Source of the DNA: Alphaproteobacteria bacterium
Lineage (GTDB): Bacteria > Pseudomonadota > Alphaproteobacteria > UBA828
Reading direction: 5' to 3'
Length of the DNA: 64,000 bases
Assembly: GCA_965214705.1 (NCBI GenBank)
Contig: OZ243972.1
Coordinates: 288,001 to 352,000 of the forward strand
Below, in pieces: positions 1 through 9,783 of this stretch. How positions within the stretch are numbered: the stretch's first letter is position 1; every line of letters starts with the position of its first letter. Made by a program: the position numbers and the translations under genes. The notes under the pieces were generated by a model. It had not been told where the DNA came from, ran no database searches, and worked only from the letters and a program-made list of their open reading frames with translations.

Positions 1-220
1 CGTCTACCGCAGATCGTGTCCTCTCTGAGTTGGCGCGGTCGTCGGCTGGTCCTTCCGGGTCGGAACGCTTTTCGCATCGGTCGTGCGCCTGTGCCCGTAC
101 CCAACTCTTATCCGGGTGGTTGCCAGCGGCGGGGCGCTAGCCCCATCCCACTTGCTGCGGGCACAGCATTCCGGAGGTGGGGCCCTACTCTACCCTTTCG
201 CGGTGTCCTCATTCTTTCCA
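1..220 (-). mobile_element. Possible IS110-family left-end non-coding region (remnant, runs off the window start)
   Basis: Minus strand reads GTGGAAAGAATG...CCCGGATAAGAGTTGGGTACGGGCACAGGCGCAC...GGAAGGACCAGCCG, then a degenerate ACGATCTGCGGTAGACG (TICG.D-like). Resembles IS110 leaders as I recall them; not verifiable here. Confidence 0.3.
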
Positions 221-641
221 CGCTCAAGCGCGACGAATTGATCCGCGAAGGGCGTCAGGACGAGGTCGAAAGCATGGTGCAGGCGGGTAAGGAGACCCAA
301 TCGGAGCTGCTTTCCGCCGATTGAGCGACGGGTATGTGCCGGGCACCTCTCATATTGCCCGCTTCGCATCGGGGTCGGGGTTCCGGGATCGAGCGATTCG
401 ACAGTTCTGTCGGCACAGTTTAATCGGCCAGAGAACCTTGGTTGAGCTGGCCAGCGCATCAGGACCGGCATGCCGGTCCTAATGCAAACAAGTCGGGATT
501 CTCTCGGATCCGGTGGTCCAATATCAGGGGCAAGTCCGATCCACCTCGTTCCATGAACAGCGGTGGACCAATCCAATAGGGGAGGGTCTGTTCGCTGCCA
601 CAGGATACGACCGCGCGTGATCAAGAAGCTCTGGGCGGCCC

Positions 642-1526
642 TCAGCCGCGAACGGTGACCGGATCGACGATGTTGAGGCGGGTGATGTAGCGTTGGAAGA
701 TCAAGGCCATGATCACGGGCGGGATGATCGAGAGTGTGCTCGCAGCCGCGAATACCACCATCGGGGTGAGCCCGAGCGCACCGATCGGCGACACCCCGAT
801 CAGCGCCGGCGACAAGGTTTGCCACTTGCCGCCGCCGGTCAGAATAATGGCGAACAGAAGCTCGTTCCAGGCGAACAGGAAAGCGATTATGAAGGCGGCG
901 CTGATGCCGGGCGCCGCCATTGGCAGCATGACGTACCACAGCACTTTCAGTCTGCTGCAACCGTCCAATCGGGCAGCGCGCTCGACCTCGAGCGGCAGGG
1001 TCGCGAAGTATCCCATCAGCACCCACGCCAGGAGCGGGATGATGGCGGTCAGATAGGTGATGATCAGCGAGACCGGATTGCCGATCAAGCCGACTTGCCT
1101 GAACAGCGTGAAGTAAGGAATGAGGATCGCGACCGGCGGCAGGACGCGGGTCAGCAGCAACGCGAACAGGAAGCCGGTCTTGCCACGAAACTCAAACCGG
1201 CCAAACGCGTAGCCGGCCAGCGTCGCGATAGCCGTCGCGATGACCGCCGTCGGCACCGCCACAAGTAGGCTGTTGATGAAGCCAACGCCTACCGCCCTGG
1301 TTTGGGCGCCGAAGATCGCGTCGTACCCCTCATCGTCCCCGGCCAGCCCGACGACGCGACGGTAGTTTTGCAGCGTTGGATCCTCAAGCCACTTGACAAT
1401 GCCCTGGTTCAGTTCGGCCGTCTGCATGAACGAGGCCCACAACAGCCAGAAGAACGGGCCGACCGTCCAGATGCCGACGATGATCGCCGCGATAATGATC
1501 AAGCGCTTCTGGCGGCCGTAGTCCAT
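642..1526 (-). CDS. Carbohydrate ABC transporter permease (MalG-like)
   Basis: Multiple TM segments, EAA-like loop EVERAARLDGCSRLKV, AWNELLFA motif; last gene of a 4-gene operon. Confidence 0.93.
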   Translation of the reverse strand: MDYGRQKRLIIIAAIIVGIWTVGPFFWLLWASFMQTAELNQGIVKWLEDPTLQNYRRVVGLAGDDEGYDAIFGAQTRAVGVGFINSLLVAVPTAVIATAIATLAGYAFGRFEFRGKTGFLFALLLTRVLPPVAILIPYFTLFRQVGLIGNPVSLIITYLTAIIPLLAWVLMGYFATLPLEVERAARLDGCSRLKVLWYVMLPMAAPGISAAFIIAFLFAWNELLFAIILTGGGKWQTLSPALIGVSPIGALGLTPMVVFAAASTLSIIPPVIMALIFQRYITRLNIVDPVTVRG

Positions 1527-1533
1527 GCCGGAT

Positions 1534-2478
1534 TCAGACGGCGGGTGCCGCTTTGACCTCGTCGACGGCGCGAGTCACGTGGCGGCGCCGCGACAGCAGA
1601 AAGAAGTATGCGCACGCGAGAATCGTCGCGATGATGATGAGAATGAACGAGGTCGCGGAGGCCAACCCGTATTGTGAGAGGTTGAAGTTGAAACGGTAGA
1701 TCTGCATCGGCAGCACCAGAGTCACGGTCCCCGGCCCGCCGGCGGTGAAGGCGAACACCAGATCGAACTGGCGGAAGGCATCGACGGTCATCACCACCAG
1801 AACGATCAGCACCGCGTACCGGATATGCGGCAAGGTCACGTACCAGAAGCGCGCGATCGGACCCGCGCCGTCGATGCGGGCCGCCCCGTAAAGCGCTTTC
1901 GGGATGCTCTGAAGCGCCGCCAGGAAGAAGAAGGCGCCTAGCGGTGCGATGTGCCAAACGAAGGCGACGGCGACCCAGAACAGCGCCCAGTCCTCGTTGA
2001 GCCAAACGAAGCCCTCCTCGACGATGCCGAGCGGCACAAGGATGCCGTTGAACACGCCCCAACCGGGATCGATCATCATCGTCCACAGCCCAGCGGTCAC
2101 GATCTCCGAGATCGCCCAAGGCATCAGCACCAGGGCCCGCAACAACCCGCGCAGCGGAAAGTCCATGTCGAGGACCAGCGCGATCGCGAGCGAGAGTACG
2201 AACGAGAGCACCGTCACTATTGCTGCGAACCACAGGCTGCGCCACGTGGCGTCGATGACGTCCTCGTTCTCAAGCGCCTCCTGCCACAGATCGAACCCGA
2301 CGTATTCCTGAGACCGCAAGATGATGTTGGTCTCGTGCAGGCTGAGCCAGAAGGAATAGGCCAGCGGCGCTCCGATGATCAAGAGGTGGAAGGCCAGCAC
2401 CGCTGCCACGATGGCGAACGCGAACTGGCCATCGGTCATGTAGCCGCCCCGCAGCGTCATTTGCCTGATAGAGGCCAA
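1534..2478 (-). CDS. Carbohydrate ABC transporter permease (MalF-like)
   Basis: TM segments, LQSIPKALYGAARIDGAG loop, FDLVFAFTAGGPG motif. Confidence 0.93.
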   Translation of the reverse strand: MASIRQMTLRGGYMTDGQFAFAIVAAVLAFHLLIIGAPLAYSFWLSLHETNIILRSQEYVGFDLWQEALENEDVIDATWRSLWFAAIVTVLSFVLSLAIALVLDMDFPLRGLLRALVLMPWAISEIVTAGLWTMMIDPGWGVFNGILVPLGIVEEGFVWLNEDWALFWVAVAFVWHIAPLGAFFFLAALQSIPKALYGAARIDGAGPIARFWYVTLPHIRYAVLIVLVVMTVDAFRQFDLVFAFTAGGPGTVTLVLPMQIYRFNFNLSQYGLASATSFILIIIATILACAYFFLLSRRRHVTRAVDEVKAAPAV

Positions 2479-2488
2479 GGCTTGCCAC

Positions 2489-3589
2489 CTACTGCGGATG
2501 GACCCGCCGTCCGACTGAATCGAACAGGTAGATCTTCTCCGCAGGCAGAACGAGCAGGATTGTTTCGCCGACCCTTACAACCCGGTCGGGCTGGGTACGG
2601 ACCTTGAACAGCGTCCGTGATTCCCCGCCCGACTGATCGAACGAAATATCGAGAAACAGATCCGAGCCCACTGGCTCGGTTGCGAACACGATACCGTTGA
2701 CCGCGCCATCGCCGCTCGGCGCCTCGATTTCCACGCTCTCCGCTCGGATGCCGAGAGTGACGGCCGGATCCGAGACCGCGTTGTAGAGGGATTCGGGCAG
2801 CGGCAAAAAGAACTCCGGAGCCTGGAACCCGTGGGCGCCATTGCACTCGGCCATTCGGCCCGCGATGAAGTTCATGCCGGGATCGCCAAGGAAGTTCGCC
2901 ACCAACCTGTTGGCCGGGCGGCGGTAGACATCATCGGGCGAGCCATATTGCTGAATGCGCCCTGCGTCCATGACGGCGATGCGATCCGCCATCGTCAGCG
3001 CTTCGACTTGATCGTGGGTCACATAGATGAAGGTGGCGCCAAGGCGCTCGTGCAACTTCTTCAGTTCGACGCGCATCTCGACCCTGAGTTTGGCATCGAG
3101 GCTCGACAGCGGCTCATCGAACAGGAACACCGCCGGGTCGCGAACGACGGCCCGTCCCAGCGCAATGCGCTGGCGCTGGCCGCCCGAGAGCTCGTGGACG
3201 CGCCGGTTCAGCAACTCACCGACATGCAGCAGTTCGCTTACCTCCTGCACGCGTCGAGCGATCTCCGGCCGTGGCATCCGCGCCATCTTGAGCGGGAAAC
3301 CGATATTCTGTGCGACCGTCATGTGGGGATAAAGCGCGATGCTTTGAAAAACCATCGCGATGTCGCGCTTGTCGGGCGGCACCCGTTCGACCGACCGCTC
3401 GGCGATGCGGATGGATCCCGCGGTCGGAATCTCCAGACCCGCGATCATGTTGAGCGTCGTGGTCTTGCCGCAACCCGAAGGCCCCAGCAAGACCACGAAC
3501 TCACCGTTTCCGACCCTCAGGTCGATGTTGTCGACGGCGAGGGTGTTACCAAAGCGTTTGGTAACACCCTCAAGCGCTACCTCCGCCAT
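2489..3589 (-). CDS. ABC transporter ATP-binding protein (MalK/UgpC-like)
   Basis: Walker A GPSGCGKT, signature LSGGQRQR, Walker B FLFDEP, YVTHDQ; start placed at MAEVALEG. Confidence 0.95.
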   Translation of the reverse strand: MAEVALEGVTKRFGNTLAVDNIDLRVGNGEFVVLLGPSGCGKTTTLNMIAGLEIPTAGSIRIAERSVERVPPDKRDIAMVFQSIALYPHMTVAQNIGFPLKMARMPRPEIARRVQEVSELLHVGELLNRRVHELSGGQRQRIALGRAVVRDPAVFLFDEPLSSLDAKLRVEMRVELKKLHERLGATFIYVTHDQVEALTMADRIAVMDAGRIQQYGSPDDVYRRPANRLVANFLGDPGMNFIAGRMAECNGAHGFQAPEFFLPLPESLYNAVSDPAVTLGIRAESVEIEAPSGDGAVNGIVFATEPVGSDLFLDISFDQSGGESRTLFKVRTQPDRVVRVGETILLVLPAEKIYLFDSVGRRVHPQ

Positions 3590-3608
3590 TGCTGATCGCT
3601 GCGACGAT

Positions 3609-5003
3609 TCAGGTGTACTTGCTCTGCAGCTTATCCCAGAGCTTGCGCAGTTTACGCGCAACCTCTTTTGGCGTGGCGTCGCCTTTCAGCAGGAGATCGT
3701 TCGAGATCATGTCATGCATCGGCAACATCCACTCCTCGAACCATGCTGCCTTCAGCATATTGCAGGCCATGGCCCGCGCCCGGCCCTCGTTTTGCCACTG
3801 GTACTGTAGCTCGCCGAGTTCGGGGTGCATCCATTTCATGACGGCCGCCTTGGCCTCCGGATCCTCATAAATGGACTCGAACGGCACCTGGAGATTAGCC
3901 TTCATCACCCACTTCTTGTGGGTATGGTACACACCCTCATGGTTCTTGTAGCCGAAGAACTGCGCCAGCTTCCACACCCGCAACAGGTCCTCTTCACTGC
4001 GCTCGCGATTGCGAATGGCAACGAAGGCGTGCCCGACTAGAACAGTGTCCTGGGTAGCACCGGGCATGACCGGGTTCATATTGTTGTAGGGGCCGACGGC
4101 GCCCGACTTGTCCCCGTAAGAGAACACCTGATAGTCCTGGAACGGATGGAAGGCGTGTTTTCCCGAGACCCAGGCATCATTCATCGGGCCTTCCTGCATG
4201 GTCAGGATGCCGCGCGGCACCAGACCCTCGTCCCACCACTGCTTCCAGTCCGTCATGACCTTCACGAACATCGAGTTCTCGTCGAAGGTGGCGTTCAGCC
4301 CGTCGTCGACCAGGTACTCACCCTCGGAATAGCAGTGTGAGAACAGGTTCCAGGGGATGCCGCCCCAGGCATTGTTCCAGTTCATCAAAAGCGGTTCTTC
4401 GCTGATCCCCCTCTTCTTGAGGTCGCGGCAGATATCGGCGACCTCTTCCCACGTCTGAGGATAGTCCGCGGGGTTCGTGGTGCCGCCATAACCGCCGGCG
4501 GCCAGCACCTTCTCGTTACGATAGAGGCAGCAGGGCCCGCCGTTGTAATAGGTGAGCGCCATGAACTTGCCGTCCGGCGCGCGCGAATCGTCCGCTACGC
4601 CCTTCTGCATCTCGGATTCGATCTGATCGAATCCGGGTAGATCATCGATCGGCCGGATCCAGCCTGCGGCGTACCACCGCGAGGCCTGACCGCGCCCCGT
4701 ATAGAACATGTCGACCTGGGCGTTCGAAGCGAGCTGGGTCTCGACCACCGCCGGATAATCGCCGGTTATGACCCGCGCATCGACGTCCTCGCCGTAGGCC
4801 TCATTGAAGGCCTCGACGTTGCCAAGCACGATCTCGCTGCCGAACGGCCAGAACAGGAAAACCAGCCGATCACGGGCATGCGCGCGACGGATGAACGGTC
4901 CGGTGGACGCGGTGACCGCCGCCAGCCCTGCGGCACCTTTGAGAATACTGCGACGGGTCTTCCCAGCCGCCAGAATTTTGGTCTTGGGTTGTAAAATCTC
5001 CAT
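3609..5003 (-). CDS. ABC transporter substrate-binding protein with Tat signal
   Basis: TRRSILK twin-arginine motif and AHA cleavage-like site; first gene of the ABC operon. Confidence 0.88.
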   Translation of the reverse strand: MEILQPKTKILAAGKTRRSILKGAAGLAAVTASTGPFIRRAHARDRLVFLFWPFGSEIVLGNVEAFNEAYGEDVDARVITGDYPAVVETQLASNAQVDMFYTGRGQASRWYAAGWIRPIDDLPGFDQIESEMQKGVADDSRAPDGKFMALTYYNGGPCCLYRNEKVLAAGGYGGTTNPADYPQTWEEVADICRDLKKRGISEEPLLMNWNNAWGGIPWNLFSHCYSEGEYLVDDGLNATFDENSMFVKVMTDWKQWWDEGLVPRGILTMQEGPMNDAWVSGKHAFHPFQDYQVFSYGDKSGAVGPYNNMNPVMPGATQDTVLVGHAFVAIRNRERSEEDLLRVWKLAQFFGYKNHEGVYHTHKKWVMKANLQVPFESIYEDPEAKAAVMKWMHPELGELQYQWQNEGRARAMACNMLKAAWFEEWMLPMHDMISNDLLLKGDATPKEVARKLRKLWDKLQSKYT

Positions 5004-5239
5004 CTGTGAGCCCTCCCGATTGCGCGCAGTATCCGGTGCGGTTCCCGCGCACGTCCCATAGTTCTTTGCGACCTTGCGCCGAGATTTTCAAGAAACCCTG
5101 CTCCCTTCGACTCGGGTTGTCAACGGCCCCTCGCGAGGCGTGCAGGACTATCCCACGCTCCAGAATTTGGGGCATGTGCCCCGATTTTCTCGCGCGTAGC
5201 GTTGCGCCCGTGCGGCCAGATATCGTCTGTTGGTCCGGG

Positions 5240-5586
5240 CGCGCGCGCTCTCACCAAGCAGATCGAGGCGCACGACCCAGCGCCGGTACCGCGCCCTCGC
5301 CGCTGGCCATGCGAAAGCTCAAGGAGGACGACTGATGTACCTGCGACACTTCGCCTTCGCCCGCCTACCCTTCGAGACCCCGGCGGAGACCGACGAACTC
5401 TTTGAACTCCAGCACCCGCCGCGAGGCCGAGGCCAAGCGCGGCCACCTCGTCGAATTGCGCGGCATCGGCATGCTCACAGGCGAGGTGGTGAGAGGGCAA
5501 GACAACGGGCTGCCGCAACCTCACCGCCTAGTGCCACCAGGGCCTCTACAGCGTCCACTAGGTCTCGCTTACCACACCCGGCAACT
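5240..5586 (+). pseudogene. Degenerate ExeA-like AAA ATPase 5' part, preceded by a probable transposase tail
   Basis: ATG 5335 MYLRHFAFARLPF..., frameshifted into HLVELRGIGMLTGEV and GKTT..RNLTA*..GLYSVH*VSLTT; overlaps the stop of an upstream frame ending SPLAMRKLKEDD. Confidence 0.65.
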
Positions 5587-5930
5587 GGCCACCGCTCTCG
5601 AACGCCTTCGGGCGGAGGCGGGATACCCGGCGGAAGAACTCGAGGGCTGAGTGTTCCCGTCCCCGACGAGCGAACTGGGGTATATCGTGGAGCTTTTGCA
5701 TCCCTACACCCGCATCAGCCGGGCGGCCGGAACGAATTTCTGGTTCCATGGCCTGTGCAACTGCTTCATCACCGTGGCCGAGCGCGAGTTGATGCTGCCG
5801 CGCTCGCTGACCAAGCGATTGGTCAACCACGCTTGGCCTTCTGACGTGACCGAAGGCTACGCGGCGGACTGAACCTTGGAGCAACTCCGTGAGGCCGCGC
5901 AGCGCATCGCCGGTCGCTCCGCAGAATCAC
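5577..5930 (+). pseudogene. Tyrosine integrase C-terminal remnant, paralog of 23599-24831
   Basis: TRQLATALER...FWFHGLCNCFITVAERELMLPRSLTKRLVNHAWPSDVTEGYAAD* nearly matches the intact integrase; catalytic HxxR is HGLC and a Trp codon is TGA. Confidence 0.9.
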
Positions 5931-6411
5931 GCCAGTGTCGAAAACCGGAGCGGAAATCCGTCGTCAAATAGCGTGCGAAACAACACTGGATCGGGCGTGA
6001 ACAAGCCGGCTCGCACAGCCGCACCGAGCGTTGGCCCCGGCGATGGCCCGCCCCCGCCGGGTGAGAGCCGGGACGCTACACGATGGGTGCAAGGCCGGGC
6101 GGAGAGGTTCCGGGCGCCAGCTGGGCCAATGTCGGCTCATCGCGGGCAAGGCGCAGGAGGTCGAGCCCGGCTCGCAGGAGGTCGAAACGGCCGAATGGCA
6201 GCCTCGCGCGGCTTGCGCCGGCAAGCGGCGGCGAACCGGTCCAGGATGCGCGATGACGGGGTGCTCGAAATGGAGCTTTGCCCCGTCCGCACGCGAGGGA
6301 GCCGATGGAAGACGCAGAGGCGGTGTCGCCTGCTCGGGCGCCCGTGCGCCGGCACAGGCGCCGCTCCGCGATCGGCCTGCCGGCCGCGCTTCGAGCATGT
6401 CGATGCAGCCC

Positions 6412-7227
6412 CTAATATTGCAGCGTTCCTGTCAGAACGGGGCGCACCTTCCCACCCACGCGGAGCCGCTCGGCGACGTCCAGATACAATCGCGACGGGC
6501 GAGCGATCTCGAAACCCTGCTCCACGACAACCCGGCCGCTCCGGCCGAGCGATCGCAGATGCGCCGCGAACGCAGCGTTCGCGCTCCCCGTCGCAGGGTC
6601 TTCGTGCCAGGTCCCGTGGAAGGTCAGCATGCGGGCCGCGAAGTGCGCATCGTCGTTGTAGGGATCTTCGGCGAAGACGAACAGGGAGAGCCAGCCCCCG
6701 GCCGCCACGTCTTCGTACACGGCAGAATCGACCGCCGTCCGGCGCAGGGCATCGAGCGAGCGGACGCCGGTCAGCAGGAACCATGGTCCCACCGTGGCGA
6801 ACCGGCACGGGTAGCGGCCGTCCAGGTCGGACACATCCAGACCGAGCAGCGCAGCGGCGCGCGGCCGGTCCAGCAACTCCCCCATCGCCACCGCCGGAGG
6901 TCGCATCCAGGCGATGCCGTCCTCGAAGGTCACCGGTACTCGCCCGGCGGCGAGGTCCAGCGTATAGGAACCTCGGTCGCGGCCCAGCACCCATGCGGTG
7001 CCCAGCGTCGGATGCCCGGCGAACGGCAATTCCCGGTCCTTCGTGAAGATGCGGACACTTGCCTCCCCGGGGCGCTCGTCGATGACAAAGGTCGTCTCCG
7101 AGAAATTCATCTCGCGGGCGACAGCCTGCATCGCCTCGGTGTCGAGGTGGGCGCAGCGGCGGATCACCGCCAGTTGGTTGCCCTCGAGCGGGCGCTCGGC
7201 GAATACGTCCACGATCGAGCAGTCCAT
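6412..7227 (-). CDS. PhzF-family (DAP-epimerase fold) isomerase
   Basis: VDVFAERPLEGNQLAV, NFSETTF, ELPFAGHPTLG and EDPATGSAN motifs. Confidence 0.92.
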   Translation of the reverse strand: MDCSIVDVFAERPLEGNQLAVIRRCAHLDTEAMQAVAREMNFSETTFVIDERPGEASVRIFTKDRELPFAGHPTLGTAWVLGRDRGSYTLDLAAGRVPVTFEDGIAWMRPPAVAMGELLDRPRAAALLGLDVSDLDGRYPCRFATVGPWFLLTGVRSLDALRRTAVDSAVYEDVAAGGWLSLFVFAEDPYNDDAHFAARMLTFHGTWHEDPATGSANAAFAAHLRSLGRSGRVVVEQGFEIARPSRLYLDVAERLRVGGKVRPVLTGTLQY

Positions 7228-7393
7228 CGCCGCCATTCCCCACTGCCCTGTCGGGACGGCGCTCCCGTTGCGGGCGCGTTCGCCCGTTTCGCAAGCCCTT
7301 CGCGCGCCCGAAGGCTCCGCGCCCGGCCCGGATCGCCGGCGGCCCGTCACCGGGATATCGTGCGCGCCCGCGCCCGCGCGGCGGTGCCCCGCC

Positions 7394-8236
7394 TCACAAG
7401 AGCTCTATGTCGATCGCCTGCGGGCCGCGCGCGCCCTGCGCCACCATCACACTCACCCGCTGGGCCGGCTCCAGAGCGCCCAGGCCCGCCCGGTTGAGCA
7501 CATTCCCGTGCACGAACACGTCCCGGCCGCCGCCGTCTGGAACGACGAAGCCGTAGCCCCTGGCGGCGTCGTAGAACTTGACGAAGCCGCGACGCTCCTC
7601 GGCCGGCCCTGCCGGCACGTCATGGCCAACCCCGCGTTCGCGCGAACCATGCCGTGGCTCATCGCGCCCCGCACGGGGAGCCGGCGCCGTCGATGCGTCC
7701 ACGGCCAGGATGGAGGACACGACCGGCCCCCTCCGTCCGTCCACCACCTCGCAGGTCACACTGGCGCCCTGCGGGAGCCTGTCGTAGCCCGCCCCTTCGA
7801 CGACCGAGACATGACAGAACGCATCCGGTGAGCCGTCGTCGGGAGCCAGGAACCCGAAACCCCTCGCCGCAACGAACCATTTCACCGTCGCCACGAGACG
7901 GCGCGCGGCAGCCGGCACCCGCTCGCCCTGCACATGGCCGTACTCCCCGCGTATCGGCCCACCGCTCCCTGCCGGCGCGGTGGATGGAACCGGAGCATCG
8001 ACGGCGTGGATCCGCCCGACCTGCGGACCTTGCCGGCCCTGCACCACCTCGCAGGTGACGCTCGCGCCCTCGGGGAGCGTGTCCCAGCCCGCCTGAGACA
8101 CTGCCGAGGCATGGCAGAAGAGATCGCGCGAGCCGTCGGCAGGGGCCAGGAAGCCGTATCCCCTCACCGAATCGTACCACTTGACCGACGCAACGACCGC
8201 AGCGCCGGGGACTGCCTCTGAAACGATCTCCTGCAT
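7394..8236 (-). CDS. Protein with three tandem cold-shock domains
   Basis: Three VK(W/F)...RG(Y/F)GF...D.F.H units (RNP1/RNP2) separated by Pro/Gly/Arg linkers. Confidence 0.92.
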   Translation of the reverse strand: MQEIVSEAVPGAAVVASVKWYDSVRGYGFLAPADGSRDLFCHASAVSQAGWDTLPEGASVTCEVVQGRQGPQVGRIHAVDAPVPSTAPAGSGGPIRGEYGHVQGERVPAAARRLVATVKWFVAARGFGFLAPDDGSPDAFCHVSVVEGAGYDRLPQGASVTCEVVDGRRGPVVSSILAVDASTAPAPRAGRDEPRHGSRERGVGHDVPAGPAEERRGFVKFYDAARGYGFVVPDGGGRDVFVHGNVLNRAGLGALEPAQRVSVMVAQGARGPQAIDIELL

Positions 8237-8577
8237 TCCGACCGACCTGCTTTCCGTGAACTGCCGAGCCGACCCCGCCGAGGGGTCCGCGGCGCCATGA
8301 AGATTCCGGCGGCTGGCCGCCGCCGGGCGGGCGCGCATCATATCGACCGCGCGCGGAGGGCGACAGGCTCCATCTGCCGCTCCGTCTCCTGTTCCGGGCT
8401 TCCCCGGATGGCGGCGCAGCGGCGTCCGCCGGCCCGCCGGCCTTGCGCCCCGCCGCACCCTCCGGCGCCTTCCGCTGCCCGCACGCCGGCGAGAGCCAGA
8501 GCCTGGCCGGGAGCGGGCGGGCGTTCCGGCGAGGGGATGCCCGCCGCGCGCAATCTCTGACCGGAGGAGGCCGGACG

Positions 8578-8895
8578 ATGCAGACGGCTACAGCAACCGA
8601 TCGCACCGCCAACACCTATCTCGTCCACCTGTTCGGTGCCGGGCTCGAGGACGAGCGCTACGAGGTGCAGCGCTTCCAGACCGCAGCGGACGGCGAGATC
8701 AGGCCCTGGCGCGCGGGCGCGCGGGCGAAGAACGGACGCAAGCAGGCCCGCAAGATCATGAGCCTGCGCTCGGTCCAGCGCCTTCGCCCCGACCGCAACG
8801 AGATCATCATTGCCAAGGGTGTCAGTGTCGGCGGCGGCATCCAGTACTGGGGCGAGTGGACGGTCAACTTCTCTGTCGATCGCAAGCATCGGTGA
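8578..8895 (+). CDS. Conserved hypothetical 105-aa backbone protein, copy A
   Basis: RBS GGAGGAGG; TYLVH.FG.GL...RY.V.R...G.IRP...EIII motif shared with 21751 and 55849 copies. Confidence 0.8.
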   Translation: MQTATATDRTANTYLVHLFGAGLEDERYEVQRFQTAADGEIRPWRAGARAKNGRKQARKIMSLRSVQRLRPDRNEIIIAKGVSVGGGIQYWGEWTVNFSVDRKHR

Positions 8896-8973
8896 CGCGC
8901 CGCCCGGCGGGGCCGCGCTGCCGCCGGGCCGTCCGCCCGCTCGACCTCATCGCAGCCGGGGAGGAGTTCGACC

Positions 8974-9783
8974 ATGCCGCATCGGACCCGCGATGACCGG
9001 CGCGCCGGCGAGAGGCGCCGGTACGAGAGTTCGACCGCAGAACGGCGCGCGCACGGCTTGTGTGTCCGCTGCGGCAACGCCCCGCCTGCGTCCGGGCGCG
9101 CGAAGTGCGAGCCGTGCCTTGAGCAGCGTCGCCTCGCCGACCGGGCCAGATATGCCGCAGCCAAGGCTGAAGGCCGCCCATACGGCGGCAGAGACCCCGA
9201 GGCTCGCCGGGGCAATGCGCGTGCGAGGTCCAGGCGCCGCTACGAGGCGCGGCGCGCCGCCGGAACATGCACACACTGTGGCCAGCGCCCGCCTGTGGCG
9301 GGGCGCAGCAGATGCGAGCCATGCCTCGTCCGCCGCAACGCCAAGGAGCGGGATCAGTGGGCCAGGCGGTGCGCTCTCGGGCTATGCGGCAAGTGCGGCA
9401 GGCCGGCGGGCGGCGCCTCGCGATGCGGCGCATGCGCCGCCGCCCAGTCCTGCGATCCGAGGGTCAGGCGCGCCTCCGCGCAGCGCCGATACTGGCGTCG
9501 GCGCGCCCTCTCGCGCTGTACCGATTGCGGCGAGTACGCGGCCGGCGCATCGCGATGCGAGCCCTGTGCGCGCCGGTCATGGGCGCGCTCCGCCGAGCAT
9601 CGCGGGCTGCCCGCGGGCCCGACCCGCTATCGCGTGCTGGAGATCGCAACCGGGGCTGATCACGGCCAGTGGGACTCCCTGGCCGAAGTGGCGGCTTGTC
9701 TGGCGTTCGCGAACCTCTCGCCCGAGGACGTCGTCATCGAGAGCGACGCCTCGCTCATGGCCTCGTTGACGGCATGGGCGTAA
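8974..9783 (+). CDS. Arg-rich protein with four CxxC-x(9-11)-CxxC putative zinc fingers, copy A
   Basis: RBS GGAGGAG; four paired-CxxC units and a conserved C-terminal AACLAF..L segment; two paralogs in window. Confidence 0.82.
   Translation: MPHRTRDDRRAGERRRYESSTAERRAHGLCVRCGNAPPASGRAKCEPCLEQRRLADRARYAAAKAEGRPYGGRDPEARRGNARARSRRRYEARRAAGTCTHCGQRPPVAGRSRCEPCLVRRNAKERDQWARRCALGLCGKCGRPAGGASRCGACAAAQSCDPRVRRASAQRRYWRRRALSRCTDCGEYAAGASRCEPCARRSWARSAEHRGLPAGPTRYRVLEIATGADHGQWDSLAEVAACLAFANLSPEDVVIESDASLMASLTAWA

Noticed and set aside
184-193. CCTACTCTAC identical to the intron 3' end
   Set aside because: No domain V upstream; a 10-bp match is insufficient.
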